DNA of 61,581 bases, filler included, from Platydemus manokwari (Eukaryota): NCBI GenBank assembly GCA_037951405.1. It is 5 parts of 5 records of this genome, joined end to end, with 100 filler letters (N's around TTAATTAATTAA, not from the genome) between each part and the next. Parts side by side here need not be neighbours in the genome. Positions count along the whole stretch, not along the records: positions 10,465 to 22,245 come from JBBMOY010468888.1; positions 22,346 to 32,774 come from JBBMOY011134439.1; 3 more parts are not named here. One strand, given 5' to 3'. How positions within the stretch are numbered: position 1 is the stretch's first letter; each line of letters begins with the position of its first letter. Of this stretch, positions 12,961 through 26,390 are shown in pieces. The translations under genes and the position numbers were made by a program. The notes under the pieces were generated by a model, which saw only the letters and a program-made list of their open reading frames with translations, was not told the origin of the DNA and did no database searches.

Positions 12961-14361
12961 TGTTACGATTTTGTGAGGAATTAATGTTCACTGATAACAA
13001 ATCTCCTTTCGGAGAATGATATCGAGTGTTCGAAACAATAACTAATTTTTACCATTTGAACAATATTGGTACTGCACGAGAAACAATAATTATTGCCGGA
13101 GGCTCGAATGAATACTGGATGATTTTTTTGTTAACTTGAAATTGAATCCCAAATGGAATATTTGGACTGAAATCCCGAATGAAATATTTGAGCTGAATCC
13201 CGATCGAAATATTAAGCTGATATCCCGAATGAATTATTTGACTTTATAATGTCGTTGACTTTATTTGTCGTGAGAAATTGTGGCAAAAATACTGAATTTT
13301 ACTTCAGTATTTATATGAATTTGAAATGTGGGCGAATGATTAATTTTGTTCCTGAATTGTGGGTTTCCTTAGTAATATCCACCGTTGTCATGGCAATTTG
13401 TATTTAAATTTGAATTTCTATGGTTATATTTCGGATTGCCATGGCAACGTGGATTAATAATTTGTCGAAAAATTTTATATTTATTATTAATATCATTCCG
13501 CCCACACGCCTACATTTTAATTAATGTGGTTTTCAGTTTTAATTACTATTATTATTATTATGTATTATCTATTATTATATAATTTATAGGCTTGCAGCCT
13601 GCATGGGTATTATCCCGACATTAAGGTATAGGCATATGTAGTAATTGAAACCCCGACTATAAATACGATCGCTGATCGTAGTTGACACACAAGTTCACAA
13701 TTACACAATTTGTAAGAGTGAAGCAGTTTGGTTATAGCATTACGATTTGTTTTACGTATCGACATTTATAATTCTATCAGCTTTGGTGTCATTTGGATCT
13801 TCATCGACTATTGATCAGTTGTATGGAAATCCGAACCTTGAGGACTTAATTCTGCACAGTATTTCTCACAATCAGCTATTAGTAAGAATTCTATTTGATA
13901 TTCACTAATTTTACGCTTGCTCATTAAAAACATTCATTTCTTAAGTTATCGTAATTTTAATCTTAATCGATGTTGTTAATGATAATTAATCATATTGTAT
14001 CGGTACTTAATTTTTTCTAATTTTAATAACATTCATCCCCTTCATCCGTCTTACCGATTCTCCTGTTAATCGCTCAGGCTAGGTCCGGGTTATTGACAAA
14101 ACTTTTTGTGTTCTCTTTTGATACTAATTATTGTATTCCATTTTCATAATTAATAAACGTTTTTAAACCATTGGTTCGTTTTCTGTTAGTTCGAGTATTA
14201 ATTAATCTATGCTTAAATAATTCTCAAGTTATTAATCAAATCTCGTTTGGGTTTCATAACCTATTCATCATTTCAGACTCAGAGCAATATCAGTTCTTCT
14301 GCGCTCACATATTTAATCCGGTCATCATATCAGTTACTGAAGCCCCTAGGAACCAGTAATA
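12961..14361 (+). mobile_element. Probable decayed LTR-derived sequence (one or two solo LTRs)
   Basis: TGTTAC/TGTCAT starts (12961, 13386), GTAATA-like ends (~13377, ~14361), TATAAA at ~13658 and internal tandem repeats. No clear TSD. Confidence 0.3.
13142..13242. repeat. Degenerate tandem repeat, ~25-bp unit x4
   Basis: Consensus approximately CTGAA(A)TCCCGAATGAAATATTTGAG, four adjacent copies. Confidence 0.75.
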
Positions 14362-15325
14362 TTTAAAATCAACCACCAACCCATCATAATATTTAATAAA
14401 TGTATCCCCCCCTCTTCTCAGTATCTGAATACACAGTACTAGCCAATCTATGGTTTCCCAACTATATTTATAGCAGGTAATCTTATTCTGGAGAAATCTC
14501 GAGTTAATTGTGACTTATTTTTATCAACAATAAAGAATTTTTATTCAGTTAAAAGATTTAACTAGATACAATTGCCAAATAACTATTGCTAAATATTTAT
14601 GATAATTATCACATATCATAAGTTATGTAAACTGTTCATGATTTAGGTAAGTTAAATTATTTGTTGTAATTTACCATAAAGCATCAAAAAATATTCTTAA
14701 CTTTAAACTCAAATAATAAATTTCTCAAGACTAATTTTAAATAAAATGGTTAAACATCATTAGTTCTCAGTTAATATAAAGGTAAACTTAATATAAAAGT
14801 ATTTCATTCTGACTATAAAGGTTATGAGATTTTGATGATTGAATCATTGGCAATTCCAACAAGTATTATAAGTATTATAAGCAAGAATTATTAAGCCGGT
14901 TTTATAGTACTTTTTCCCATGTTTTATTCACCTTTACTTCACTCAATTTCATTATTACTTATTACTTGGTTTGGAACATCCGTTATCTTTTCTATTTTGG
15001 TTTCATATTAAATAAAAAACATGACAATAAAAAATAATTAGATATGAGTATACATCTTGGTTACCCGTGTTCAAAGTACAAATCAGAATATTTATTTTTA
15101 AAATTAATTTTTTCATATCTTTGGTTATTTTAATAGTAAAATATATTTTCAGAAATATCTAAAAATTTATTCTATGATAAAATGAATTAAAAATTATATA
15201 GAATGAAATAAGAATTTATTATTAATTTTGAAATGTTAAATTTTTTAATTTTATTTATTGTTATCAAATTATGGTTTTCATGATTTCTTGTTTAATTTAC
15301 GTGATTAAGAAAGTAGAATTTCAAA

Positions 15326-16266
15326 ATGCTATCAAATGTTATTTGCAAATTACAATGTAACATGAAATCTATTATTTTAATTAGACATTACACCAGATCT
15401 TTAAAAAATAGAAATATAAAAATACCATTTTCAAAGGATGAAATAAGTAAAATGTTTAGCGATGAGGTGCAAGATCCTCGAGTAAATGCCGCTGTTAACG
15501 AAAGTGATTTTAAAGAAATTGAACAGACTGATAGAGCAAAAATAAAAACACTTATTATTCAAAAGAAAACCACGAAGTTATTCTTTTAATAAATTAGATT
15601 TTTAAATTCTTTGGCTTTAGAAAAGAACCCATTTTTTCCATATTGACAAGGCGTGCTATTGAACAAATGTCTTATTTATTAAATGAAGAAAATTTTACAA
15701 TTGATGATCTGGTGGATAATTTTCCCACATCAATTGCATTTTGTGCCAAACTATTTGAGTCAGACTTGAAACCAATGACTTTGAAGGAATTAATTAAAAA
15801 CAATGAAAAAATGATTAATCGATTGTATTTGTTGCGATCTCTAAGTCGAAAGCAAGCATTGGATAAATATTTCGAATATCAATGGATCATCCAAGAAAAT
15901 AAAATCCCATTATTGAAATATGCAAACGGCAATTATACGCTACCGTTTCCCCAGAAATCTTTGTTACAATTGACTGAAGAAATGGAACACAATCGAATAC
16001 CCGGACCAATGGAAACGTTATACAATCTCACAACGTTGAACAAGAAACATGTTCAATTGCCATCGAAAAAACACAATTTGAACGAGAGCGTTTTGGAAAA
16101 ACAGAACCGAATTATCGAATCGATTATTTCATTTTTCAAATCCCAATCGGAATTGTTGATCGAAAATGAACAGAGGCTTCAACCGAAACAAAGGCCCCCA
16201 TTAAAATTACCAAATAATTCATTAATCGATTATACAGACATGTTTAAATATAAAATCGATCGTTGA
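15326..16266 (+). CDS. NGRN: Neugrin/Rrg9-like mitochondrial protein (2 exons: 15326-15576, 15621-16266)
   Basis: A 44-bp GT-AG intron (15577-15620) joins the two ORFs in frame. Basic, acid-poor N-terminus resembling a mitochondrial targeting peptide. Segment SILTRRAIEQMSYL...TIDDLVDNFPTS...KLFES resembles the neugrin core motif (LTxxAMEQIRYL...LAEGFxVS), recognised from memory. Confidence 0.65.
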
Positions 16267-17598
16267 TTGTGTGTCAGTGTTGTGGTGTTTGTATTCATAT
16301 TATTTGGATGATTTTTATATTTTATCAGATGCTAAATGGAAATTTATATTTTTTTTAATCAAATTTAGTTGTGATTGAAATTTCTTTGGCCAGGATTATT
16401 GATTAATCTCAACTCGAAACAGTTTCATGAAAATTTGTGATGATTTACGTCATTTCGGATTTGATATTGAATGCTCATCAACCATTTTGTATTTTATTAG
16501 GCAGATTTTCTCTTGATCCGCTGAAATTTAGTAAATGGAATTTTGCCATTGGCGTTACCTTTATGAAAAGTGGTTTTGTAGTTTTGCTAATGTGTAAAAG
16601 ATAAATTTTTAAATCAATATTCAATAAATTCATCCAATATCTGACTCTTCACAATGCTGGAAGTGTAGGTGTCGTGTACAAATTTGAGTTACATAAATAT
16701 ATAATAAAATAATGGAAAACAATTTTTATTGATAAATATGATGCACAATTTAATCACTCAAAATAAAATGATAAATACACAATATGGTTACTAAACTTTG
16801 AGTGATTTTATAAAGCGATTATGACGTGCCATGAAGATAGTTAAAAACTAGTGTTGGGAACTATTGCCGCCCAACTTTGGTGAAAAAAGAGATCTGCGGA
16901 AATATAAGTTAAAAGGCCATCTAATGCTTTTTGAGAATTTTGACATGATGAAGTTCTGATTTAATAATTCCCTTTCGATAATATTAACATTAATAATAAA
17001 AGGCAAAATGAATAAAATTTATTCATTGTCTTTCTGCTCCTGACGATGCAAAAATTTATTTGAACATTTTTCTGTCTTTCGTGATGCTTTATAGACTAAC
17101 TTTATGTTTATATTTGTTTCTGATTGGTTGTTTATTTTTTTAATTTTATTTTTCTACCAATTGTCATAACAACTAGATAAGTTGTCATGGCTACTCGTGA
17201 ATTTGTTTTTATTTTTTGTTTGTGCTTGCAATTAATTATCGATAATTTTCAATTAATATTATTTTCCCATAAAATAATATATAATCTGATACATTTAATT
17301 ATTTAATGTATTTTATTGTAATAAATAAAATAAAAAATTTTCAAAATAAAATTTTGAGTCCTTTAGAGAATTATTCTGCTTAAATAATTAGCAGGCATTA
17401 TAAAAATAAATTTTTCATTGTAATTGACAATATATATGGATAATATAATTTTATAATTAAAGTATTTGATAAAAATCATCACATACACTTGGAATGAAAA
17501 ATCGATAATTACAAATGAAAAACTGAAATAAAAAAGTTTTATTGTTTTTCAAAAATCATAAATAATAGATCTGCAAAACATTTAATTTAAAAAGTCGA

Positions 17599-20336
17599 TC
17601 AGTTTAAGGTCACGAAAAAGTCGTTTCCAAAAACTCTGGAAGAACCACTTAAAGCTTCGCAGCCATAAATGGCGTCATCTCCGGGTTGCATATCTTTGAT
17701 GGTTAAGGTACTGATAACACTTTTACAATTTTTACTGGCTTCATTTACAGTGATTCTTTCAGTTTCACGTGTGCAACCCCAGTTATATCTCCATGCGATC
17801 TTGGGCAAAGGATAACCTGTAGCTTCACAAGTCATTGTGACTGTACTGCCTATTTTGGCTCGGATTTTATTTTCAGATGTTCTCAGAATTTCAGGCTTGA
17901 CTACAAAAGAGATTTCAAAATTAAGTTGGAAAAATCAATAATCTAAATGAGAATTACCGCACACAAGTTCGTCCTCATTGTCACTACAATCATCTCGCCC
18001 ATCGCAAACATAACCATAAGGTATTTTGGTATTATCGTTGCACGTGAAAAATCGAGGAAAGCAGGGATTATCGGAATTTGGACAATTTTCTTCATCGAAT
18101 CCGTTTCTGCAATCGTTTTCTCCATCGCAAGCCCAGTTAATGGAATAATGTTGAATCGATGAATAGTTGGTACCATTGAAAGCTCCACATGGTTTTCTGA
18201 TGGGGTCACATTCATCTGGACGATCAATTACCGCTCAGAACCTCGTGTGTTAAAACAAAACTTACAGCATTGGTCGCTATCTTCATCAGAACCATCGCTA
18301 CAATCATTTACTCCGTTGCAAAAATTGGCTGCATCAGTACATTCTTCATTTTTGCAGCTTCTTTGATTGGGAGGACAAATGGTTTTGATTTGAATTTTTA
18401 CCGGTGCTTTGGATCCATCGTACTCACATGTCATATTAAAATCTTTTTCTTTAATATCTACTCCCTCGGGTGCCTCCACTCTGATTCTTGATGGTCCGAT
18501 ATCGGAATTTAAAAATCTTGAATCGTGTTGCACATCGGACCCATTCAAAAATCGGACTTCCGGTTTGCCGGCTGGATTACCGTTGATATCAGAACTGTAA
18601 CATTCGAATTCAAATTTTTGATTTCTGTAAACGCTCAAAACTGAAGGAGTCGCCACGACTTTATTGAGCTCTATTGAATTTTAATGTATCGATTATCGAT
18701 ATTGGAATGAAAATTCCTATCTCACTTTTCGGTCCTTTAACAATCAGTTCTCCTTTACTTTGTTTTCCATTGGAAGCTGTGCATACCAGATATCCGTTAT
18801 CTTCCATCGATGTGCTATTTGTAGCAACGAAGCTGGTACGTGAAACTGTACAAGGATTGGAAACTTTCCATCTCGAATTCGGCAAAGCAACCTCTGTGCC
18901 ATTTTTAGAAACGAAAGTCCATTTTATATTTTTATTAATCATGTTTTCAATTCCATCGATTCGACAGTGGAATTCTACATCCGCTCCTTTAGCTACTTCG
19001 ACCTTTTCTGGACTGACATAAACAAAACCGGGCTCTGAAAGTTCATGTGTTGCATTCAATAATTCGAATCCCTCCCAAATAAATACTACCTGGCATGACG
19101 AAGATATTCACTGACTTCTTTGTGTTGGCTACTTTGCAACTGTATTCACCTTCATTGTTGAGATTTGCTTCTTCAATAACCAAGATACTGGTCCACTTTT
19201 TATCGAATCGGGTCAATCCCAATTTCTCCAATGAATCCTCATCCATTTTGGTATTCTTAAAATACCACTCGACATCATTTCCAGTGTGATTATTATAAAC
19301 GTCAAGTTCACAGTGTAACTCTTTGGATTGTTTTGTTCTAATCAGGATTTGTGGTCCAGCTCCTGGTGTAAGTTCTAGAAACATAAAAATTATTAAAAAT
19401 AATCGATATTCTATTCAATGCTTTCAAACCGATATTATAATGTTGGAAGTTGCAAACGAATTGATGAGAATTGGCTTCGAGTTTCAGAGATGCGGAATTA
19501 TTTCCAAGATCAGTAGCCTTACAAGTATAGATACCAGTATCGTTCTTGTTAAAACTTTCGAAGTTTAAAAATTTTCCGAAGCTTATAAATTCTTTGTTCT
19601 TGAACCATTCGTAAGTCAGATTATCACGATTTGGGGTTATTTGGCAATCTAGAGAAAATTTTTCTCCGAATCTAAATAATGGTGGATTGGGAACAATAGC
19701 AATTCGGTAGTGTTCTATATCAATCTTAGCGATATTCAGATTGAAAATTTTGGAAACCGAAGGTACAGAATCATAGGATTTTTTCGTGAGACAAATATAT
19801 TTTCCTTGATCTTGATTTTTGAATGAAACAATGTGCAGACGATTATTGTCAGACACAACAGATCCATCAGGTTTGATCCAGTGTGATTGTCTCGAAGTAC
19901 TGGACTCTGAGGAGTCACATAACATGTCGAATTGATGGTTCTCCATCATTTCCACTGTCTTAAGGATTCTGAATTCACTAGAAGTTTGGATTTCTTTAAA
20001 TGATTCAGCAACGATCGAATAATGAATTTCTTGTTTGATCAATCGAGAACCTTTGACAATGTGGCATCGGCATGTATATTGTCCGAATTGACTGGGTTGA
20101 ATGTTTTCCAAATACAGATTTGGACCTTGACCAACACTATTTCCGGAAGGAGAAATCCATTGGACACTGGAAACTGTAGAGTTGATTTGACTATCATCAG
20201 AAAAACAAGTCAATTTCCAATCGGAACCGAGTCGTTCAGATTTGATTTTTAAGTGGCTTTTCTGAATATTTGAACCGTAACTGTTGCCGATCAACAGTAA
20301 ACTAATGAGAAATACTATACTGCTGCTGTAATTCAT
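17599..20336 (-). CDS. Secreted Ig/LDLa protein (signal peptide-Ig x6-LDLa x3-Ig), perlecan domain-II-like; ~821 aa, 6 exons
   Basis: Exons 20336-19430, 19374-19090, 19034-18726, 18670-18266, 18215-17958, 17900-17599. Five GT-AG phase-1 introns (55, 55, 55, 50, 57 bp) give a 2466-nt open frame. Ig C...W...GxYxC motifs, LDLa CDGxxDCxDxSDE motifs, and a final Ig containing ATGYPLPKIAWRYNWG. No TM segment. Confidence 0.88.
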
Positions 20337-22245
20337 CGTAAAATGATAGATGAAATTAGAAAAAAATTCAATCTTTTATATACTACATTTCTTTTATTAC
20401 GTAACTATATTTTAATAATACATTTTATTACTCAATCAAGTTGTTTGGCACATCATTTTATGGAACAATTGGCTACAGTTCATAAAAATGTTCATTACAT
20501 ACAGCGACATGTGAATTACAATTATCTGATTGTCGCGGTTGAATGATTCACGGAATTCATTTCTTTTCAATGATGGAAATGTATTACATGAAATGAAAAC
20601 GAATACCAAAATAACTCCACTAGTTAACTATATTTTTTAATCAACAATAATAATTATTATTATTACAAAACTTACTGTACATAATAATAAAATTATAAGA
20701 ATCACTGTAATATTATTAATGGTGGTTAATGGTATTAATAATAACCATAAATAATCATATTATTAATAACATTATAAAAATTGTTGACGATAATAATATT
20801 GATTATTTAATAAAAATTAATAATTCAATTAAATAATTAAAAAAAAATTATATTTAGCATATTATAAAGATAAAGAGGAAATAACAATATTTATAAAAAT
20901 TCTACTAATAATGCTAGCGATTCAGGCTATTTATTTCCAGGCATTCTAGGAGCCCAAATTTGGATCTGAATTTCAACTCATCAAAAATCACTTCATTATT
21001 TATATAATTTGATAAACAACCCACCAACCAATCACGTAAATAAATCACCATAACAACCATTAACGATAACCAATAATTGACTGATTTTGAATTATTTGTA
21101 GACATTTCTTCAATATTATTATTGGCCGAATATTTTGTGTTTCGTAGTATTACTTTGAAGTTAATTAATGAGTTTTAACACGTTACTATTCATCATAGGT
21201 CATTTGATATTATGTGCTTATTCTACTCATGATGATTCGGGTTGTTGTTAATGAATAAAAATTTATTTGAGAAATGTATTATTATATTTGTAAGTCAATA
21301 CAACAGTTACAAAGAATGAACACAACATTAAAATATGAACGATTTCTATTTGATGACATTGTTGATAAGGAACGATAATAAATAATAATTAAAATTATCT
21401 TTAAATGTTTTTGCTCCGATTATCATTCTCTCACCAAATCGAACAGCATTAACATTGGTCAGCGATCATTATTGTTTCAGAAACAAGAATTTTTGTTTGT
21501 AGTTTAGACCAAACAAACGTTGTCTACGTTATTATTTTGCTGTTTCATTGATCTCACGGAACTGAATTATCATTATTGATCATGGCTCTTATTGGCGATA
21601 GTACATCGTGATCTCAAAATACAGACACCTTTAAAAGTATGGTTGCTAAATCATCGGGTTTTCGTAAATCTTTAAATTGTTATCAGTTACCTAACTTAAC
21701 CTTCATACTAAGTAAGAAGTCTCATTGGGTAATCAAATTACATAAATAATCCATTAAAAACATCAATAAAATCATATTAAACAACATGATAATACTATTT
21801 CAAACATTCATAGGTTTCACTGGATCTCGACACAGGAACGTACAAGTTTGAAATGTTTTTCAAAAATAACTATTTGTTTATATAGCTGTTGAAAACAAAT
21901 AAGCGAGTAATAAATCAAATAATCTGAAATTTTAGATTACTGTTTCGTGGATGAATTTGCTCGAAGTGTCGAGTGAATTTGAAAATCATGACAAGCAATA
22001 AATTATTAAGAGATCTCCAATCCAATATAATTGCAAGGAAAATAATTCAGATATTTAGCAGAAACAGATGCAAATTATTATATTAATTTTAGCAATCCCG
22101 ATCTTTAATTTTAAGTTTTTTGATAACTTTTATTTATTTATCTCGAATCGCACTGTATTTGTGGTATATATTTTATTTTATGTATAATCTTAATCATATT
22201 CCTATTTTATCAGGAGCTTAGTGGATTCGATAATAACAATAATAT

Positions 22246-22345
22246 NNNNNNNNNNNNNNNNNNNNNNNNNNNNNNNNNNNNNNNNNNNNTTAATTAATTA
22301 ANNNNNNNNNNNNNNNNNNNNNNNNNNNNNNNNNNNNNNNNNNNN
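22246..22345. other. Artificial contig linker (N44-TTAATTAATTAA-N44)
   Basis: Identical 100-bp linker. Confidence 0.97.
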
Positions 22346-23201
22346 TTCATTTTAAAGCGAGTTATAGTATTTTAAAGTATACGTTTACAAACGGCCATTA
22401 TTTTCCCAACAACCTAATATTTCAATTAATTAAATATATTTTATAGTTATATTGTATAATATTACTTTTATTTTAAATATTACTTGATAATACCCGAAGA
22501 TTTAAATTGCAGTAACGACCTTTATATGTTGGAGAGCAGATAAGTTAAAGATCTTACCCAAATTTTATCACATCTTTAACAAATTGCGAGATCTATGAAA
22601 AGTTGTTGGTAAAGTATCTCATTCAATTATTTCAGGGTTTTGATGATGGTCTTTTCCCTTTTCTATTTTCTTTGTGGTTAAGTTGACACATACTTCACTT
22701 TACTAAAATTGTATTTGTAAAATTTCAAATATCGTGTCCTTGTGCAAATCCATGTCATTACGGTTTTTTTTTGCTCCCCATATATTAAAAGTTGAGATTT
22801 TGAAGATTTGGCACCACAAATTGAGATGTTGCATCTAAGCCGATTATCGAAATACGCAGTAATTATTCTAGCATGAGAAGGTTTTTTAATCTTAACTTGT
22901 CAAAATTATAAAACATAATGTTAAATAAATAAATTCATGTCAATTGTTAAGTTAAAAATTTCCAAAATATCTAGTAAAATTTACCCAAAAATATTGGAAA
23001 ATGGATATTGTGAGGACCAAATCTGCAATAGAGCTAATTTAAAAATCAAAATCTCATAGAATTCACATTTCGTTCACCATTAATAGCAATAATATTTAAA
23101 CAAAATTCGTCATTAAAACAAATGCAATCGAATGGATTGATAATCAATACAGTAGCCACCATGAAAGAAAACAACAAGAAACGATTTAATTTTAATCTGA
23201 T

Positions 23202-24306
23202 TTAATCTAAATCTGCTAAACTATGAGTTTCTGTCCAATTATTGAGAATGTCCACCAAATAGCCGGAATCGAAACTGTTAACCGATCCATTTCTGATACA
23301 TTCTTGTTCATCATCAATTTCAACAATTTCATCCTCGAAAAGTGGTGGAACGTGAATGGGATAATTTTTGAAGAAATTGGGATTATTAAGATAATTATTT
23401 GAAATGACGTCATATGTCTGTTGGATAGTTTGAGTTGTGGATTCCTTTGGATCGGGTCTAGAATGATTTCGTTCAAATCATAAATGAACATGTTTCATTA
23501 ATATAATCTTACGGATCACTGGTTAATTTGAGGAGACCTTTGTTGTTTTGATAAAGCATTTCGTGATCATTCGAATCCACAGAATCTGTGGGTTGATAAC
23601 TGTCCTGAAATGTGAAATCCGACTTTACTTTTAATTTGGATTGATAATTTGGTTTGATGAAAACATTAAACAAAACATCCGACTGTTTCCGTGGATTGTT
23701 CATTGCTCGAAATGCGGCACAGAACAAGTTTTGTTGATTAGCTAATTTTATATGAACAGTACTAAAACTGGCTCTCAATTCATGAATTTCTGCTTTTAAA
23801 CTATCGACTTCATTTTCAAGCATATCTATTCTCAAAGAGCTGTTATTATTATGCATTTTTTCATTTGATTTATAATAAAATTCGGTTTGAGTTCCAGTGG
23901 ATACCGATAGATTCATCTTGGGTTGACGACTTACATTCGTTAATTTATGTGGGAAATCTTTCATAAAATGTTTATGCTTAAAAACCATTACATTGTCAGA
24001 TTTTTTTAATCGAATTGATCGAAAGCCATCTGAATTCGAAATTTATTGGCTTGAATTAACATTAAAATATTTTACATAAATTTAACTGGCGATTGAAACT
24101 ATTAAAGTTTTTCGATCTAAAATATCTTGGTAAAATTTCGGTTAATTTGGCTTTATCATAAATACAGATCGAATCTCCATTCTATTTTATAATAACTAAT
24201 TGATAAATGATTTTAAAAATACCTTATTCCAACTAATTATATCATTGGTTTCTTCATCATCGACTAGTAATTTTAAATTATATATAAATTTCTTCGCACA
24301 AGCCAT
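23202..24306 (-). CDS. Heat shock factor (HSF)-family transcription factor, ~320 aa, 4 exons
   Basis: Exons 24306-24223, 24181-24076, 24029-23513, 23457-23202 (introns 41, 46, 55 bp) total 963 nt. Translation MACAKKFIYNLKLLVDDEETNDIISWNKNGDSICIYD...ILPRYFRSKNFNSFNRQLNLYGFR...FKHKHF is an HSF DNA-binding domain, followed by a heptad coiled coil (LENEVDSLKAEIHEL) and an acidic C-terminus. Confidence 0.9.
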
Positions 24307-26390
24307 AAATTTTAAATTAATAATTGATTGAGAAATTACTTTAAACAAAGTGATTACTAATTCTTTAAAAAATAAGCATTGAATATCAAGAATTTGTTTC
24401 TTTAAGATTAGTTTAACATATTTTTCTTATTTTAACGCTATTTCAGAATAATTGATTATAAATGTGAGGATACTGAACAAAAACAATATGGTTATCAAAT
24501 AGAAAAATTAGAACATTAAATTAATTCAACCCTTCAAACTACATTCAAACTTTTAATTTATCATTTTAAATTTTTCTTTAATTTCCTCTCATTGATTTCG
24601 ATATAATCACATTTATTAAATAACTTTAGTACTAATATTGTATAATCCAACACAATAAATTTATCTTATTAAGTAATATTAACATTATAGTTCTAGTAAG
24701 AAGTGTTGTGATCGAACATCCTAATTTTCCGGCTGAAAATCTAAAAAGAATTCGACATGCAAGATAAACAGATAGGCAACATGTCGTGAAATATAAATTG
24801 TTGATTTAATAATTATAACACACTGAAATAAAATATAAGTTAATATTGTCATACATTCGCAATAATTAACTGAAGATTTCGCAACGACTATATATCACGA
24901 CTATGTATCATAAATATATAATAAACATAACTAGATGTCCAAAATATGCAAATTAAAAAAAAATGAGTTTAGTTTAATATGAAAATCAAAGAAATTAAAA
25001 ATTGATATTTAGACGAAGGTCAAAAAACATAAAATAAAATATTCACACAGGGAAAAGGAAACAAATACTTCAATATGGCAGCCATGTATGTCAACATAGC
25101 AAAACAGAAAAGAATAATTCCCATTGTGATCTTCGCCATTCACTGTTAGCTCTTATCGTGAGTGTAGGCAAAGAGTAGCAGAGGGAAAGACTGAACAACA
25201 ACAACAGCAACCACCTCAAGAATGCGTGTTTGAAAATCCTCCAACACCTCCCATAGGACATCAAAAATTTTTAAGGTTACATAATTTTATGAAAATTTTA
25301 AGTTCAAGAATTTTTAAAATATAAACATTTAGAGTCTAAAGTAAAATAATGATTTAAAATTTATAAGAGGAAAATCTTAAGTACAAAGTACCTAATCTCA
25401 GCATCTATATAAGCTGATGGATTTCCATAACAATACTCGCTCGAAAAAATTCGATATTGCGAATAGTAACTTGACAGTTAAAACGACATTTTTTGGACGA
25501 AACTACTTGATCTGAAGGAAAAAATAATTCGATAAAACATAAACAATAACAATTATTTATATTTTCTGTAAAAACTAAAATATTTTCTGACTCTAAACTC
25601 TGAAGGATCTACCTTTGGGGTTCATATAATAAGATCTATATTAAATTTGTAAGGTATATAGTTAGGTTCTCACGGTCTCAGTGAGATAAATTTACCAACT
25701 TGTTAATTTAGCATAGTCGTTTGAGTTAAATTGTTTGAGTTAATTTTATTGTAAATTTTTTGTTTATCATATCAATAAAGTTTATAAAGAAAGTATTTGT
25801 TTGTTATTTATTGATCTCTAAATTAACCTAATAAAAAGAACTCACGCTGTTGAGTTGAATAAACAACAAAAAACACCATACATAACCCAACACAATGATT
25901 CAAACACTGAGATTTATGCAAAGATTTTTTTGTAAGAGTGATTTATGGTCGTTTCGAGTCAACTCATGTAGAACTTTGTATCCGACAACTTAATCTTTAA
26001 ACTTAAGATTTTTACCTTTAAAATTGAATCGAGCTATAAATCCTTACATTTCAAATTAAATTTTATTGATTTTTTTATTTAATTTTATTTTGTTCTACGC
26101 ATTTTCATTATAAAATTTAATTTTTTGATAAATAGTAATATCTCTTATTAAAGTTCAAGTTGAAATATTGGAATCATAAAAAACATTTTTTACAAGATCA
26201 TAAAGAATAGAATTATTAATTTTTGAAGTGTTGGCTTGTGTAGGATGTTTTTTGTGGTTTATGTCCAATTCAATAGCGTGAGCTCTATTTAAGCTTTTAT
26301 ATCAGAGTAAATAATAAACAACAAGAACAAATAAACTTTTTTTTCAATTATAAAAATCACAAATTACAATCGTAAATTTAATTCACACTA

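Noticed and set aside
17943-20252. Plus-strand ORFs and the 94-aa minus-strand ORF (17943-18227) over the Ig/LDLa gene
   Set aside because: Antisense or off-frame shadows. The real exon 5 is in another frame and encodes two LDLa repeats.
23216-23491. 91-aa minus-strand ORF as a separate gene
   Set aside because: Wrong-frame shadow of HSF exon 4.
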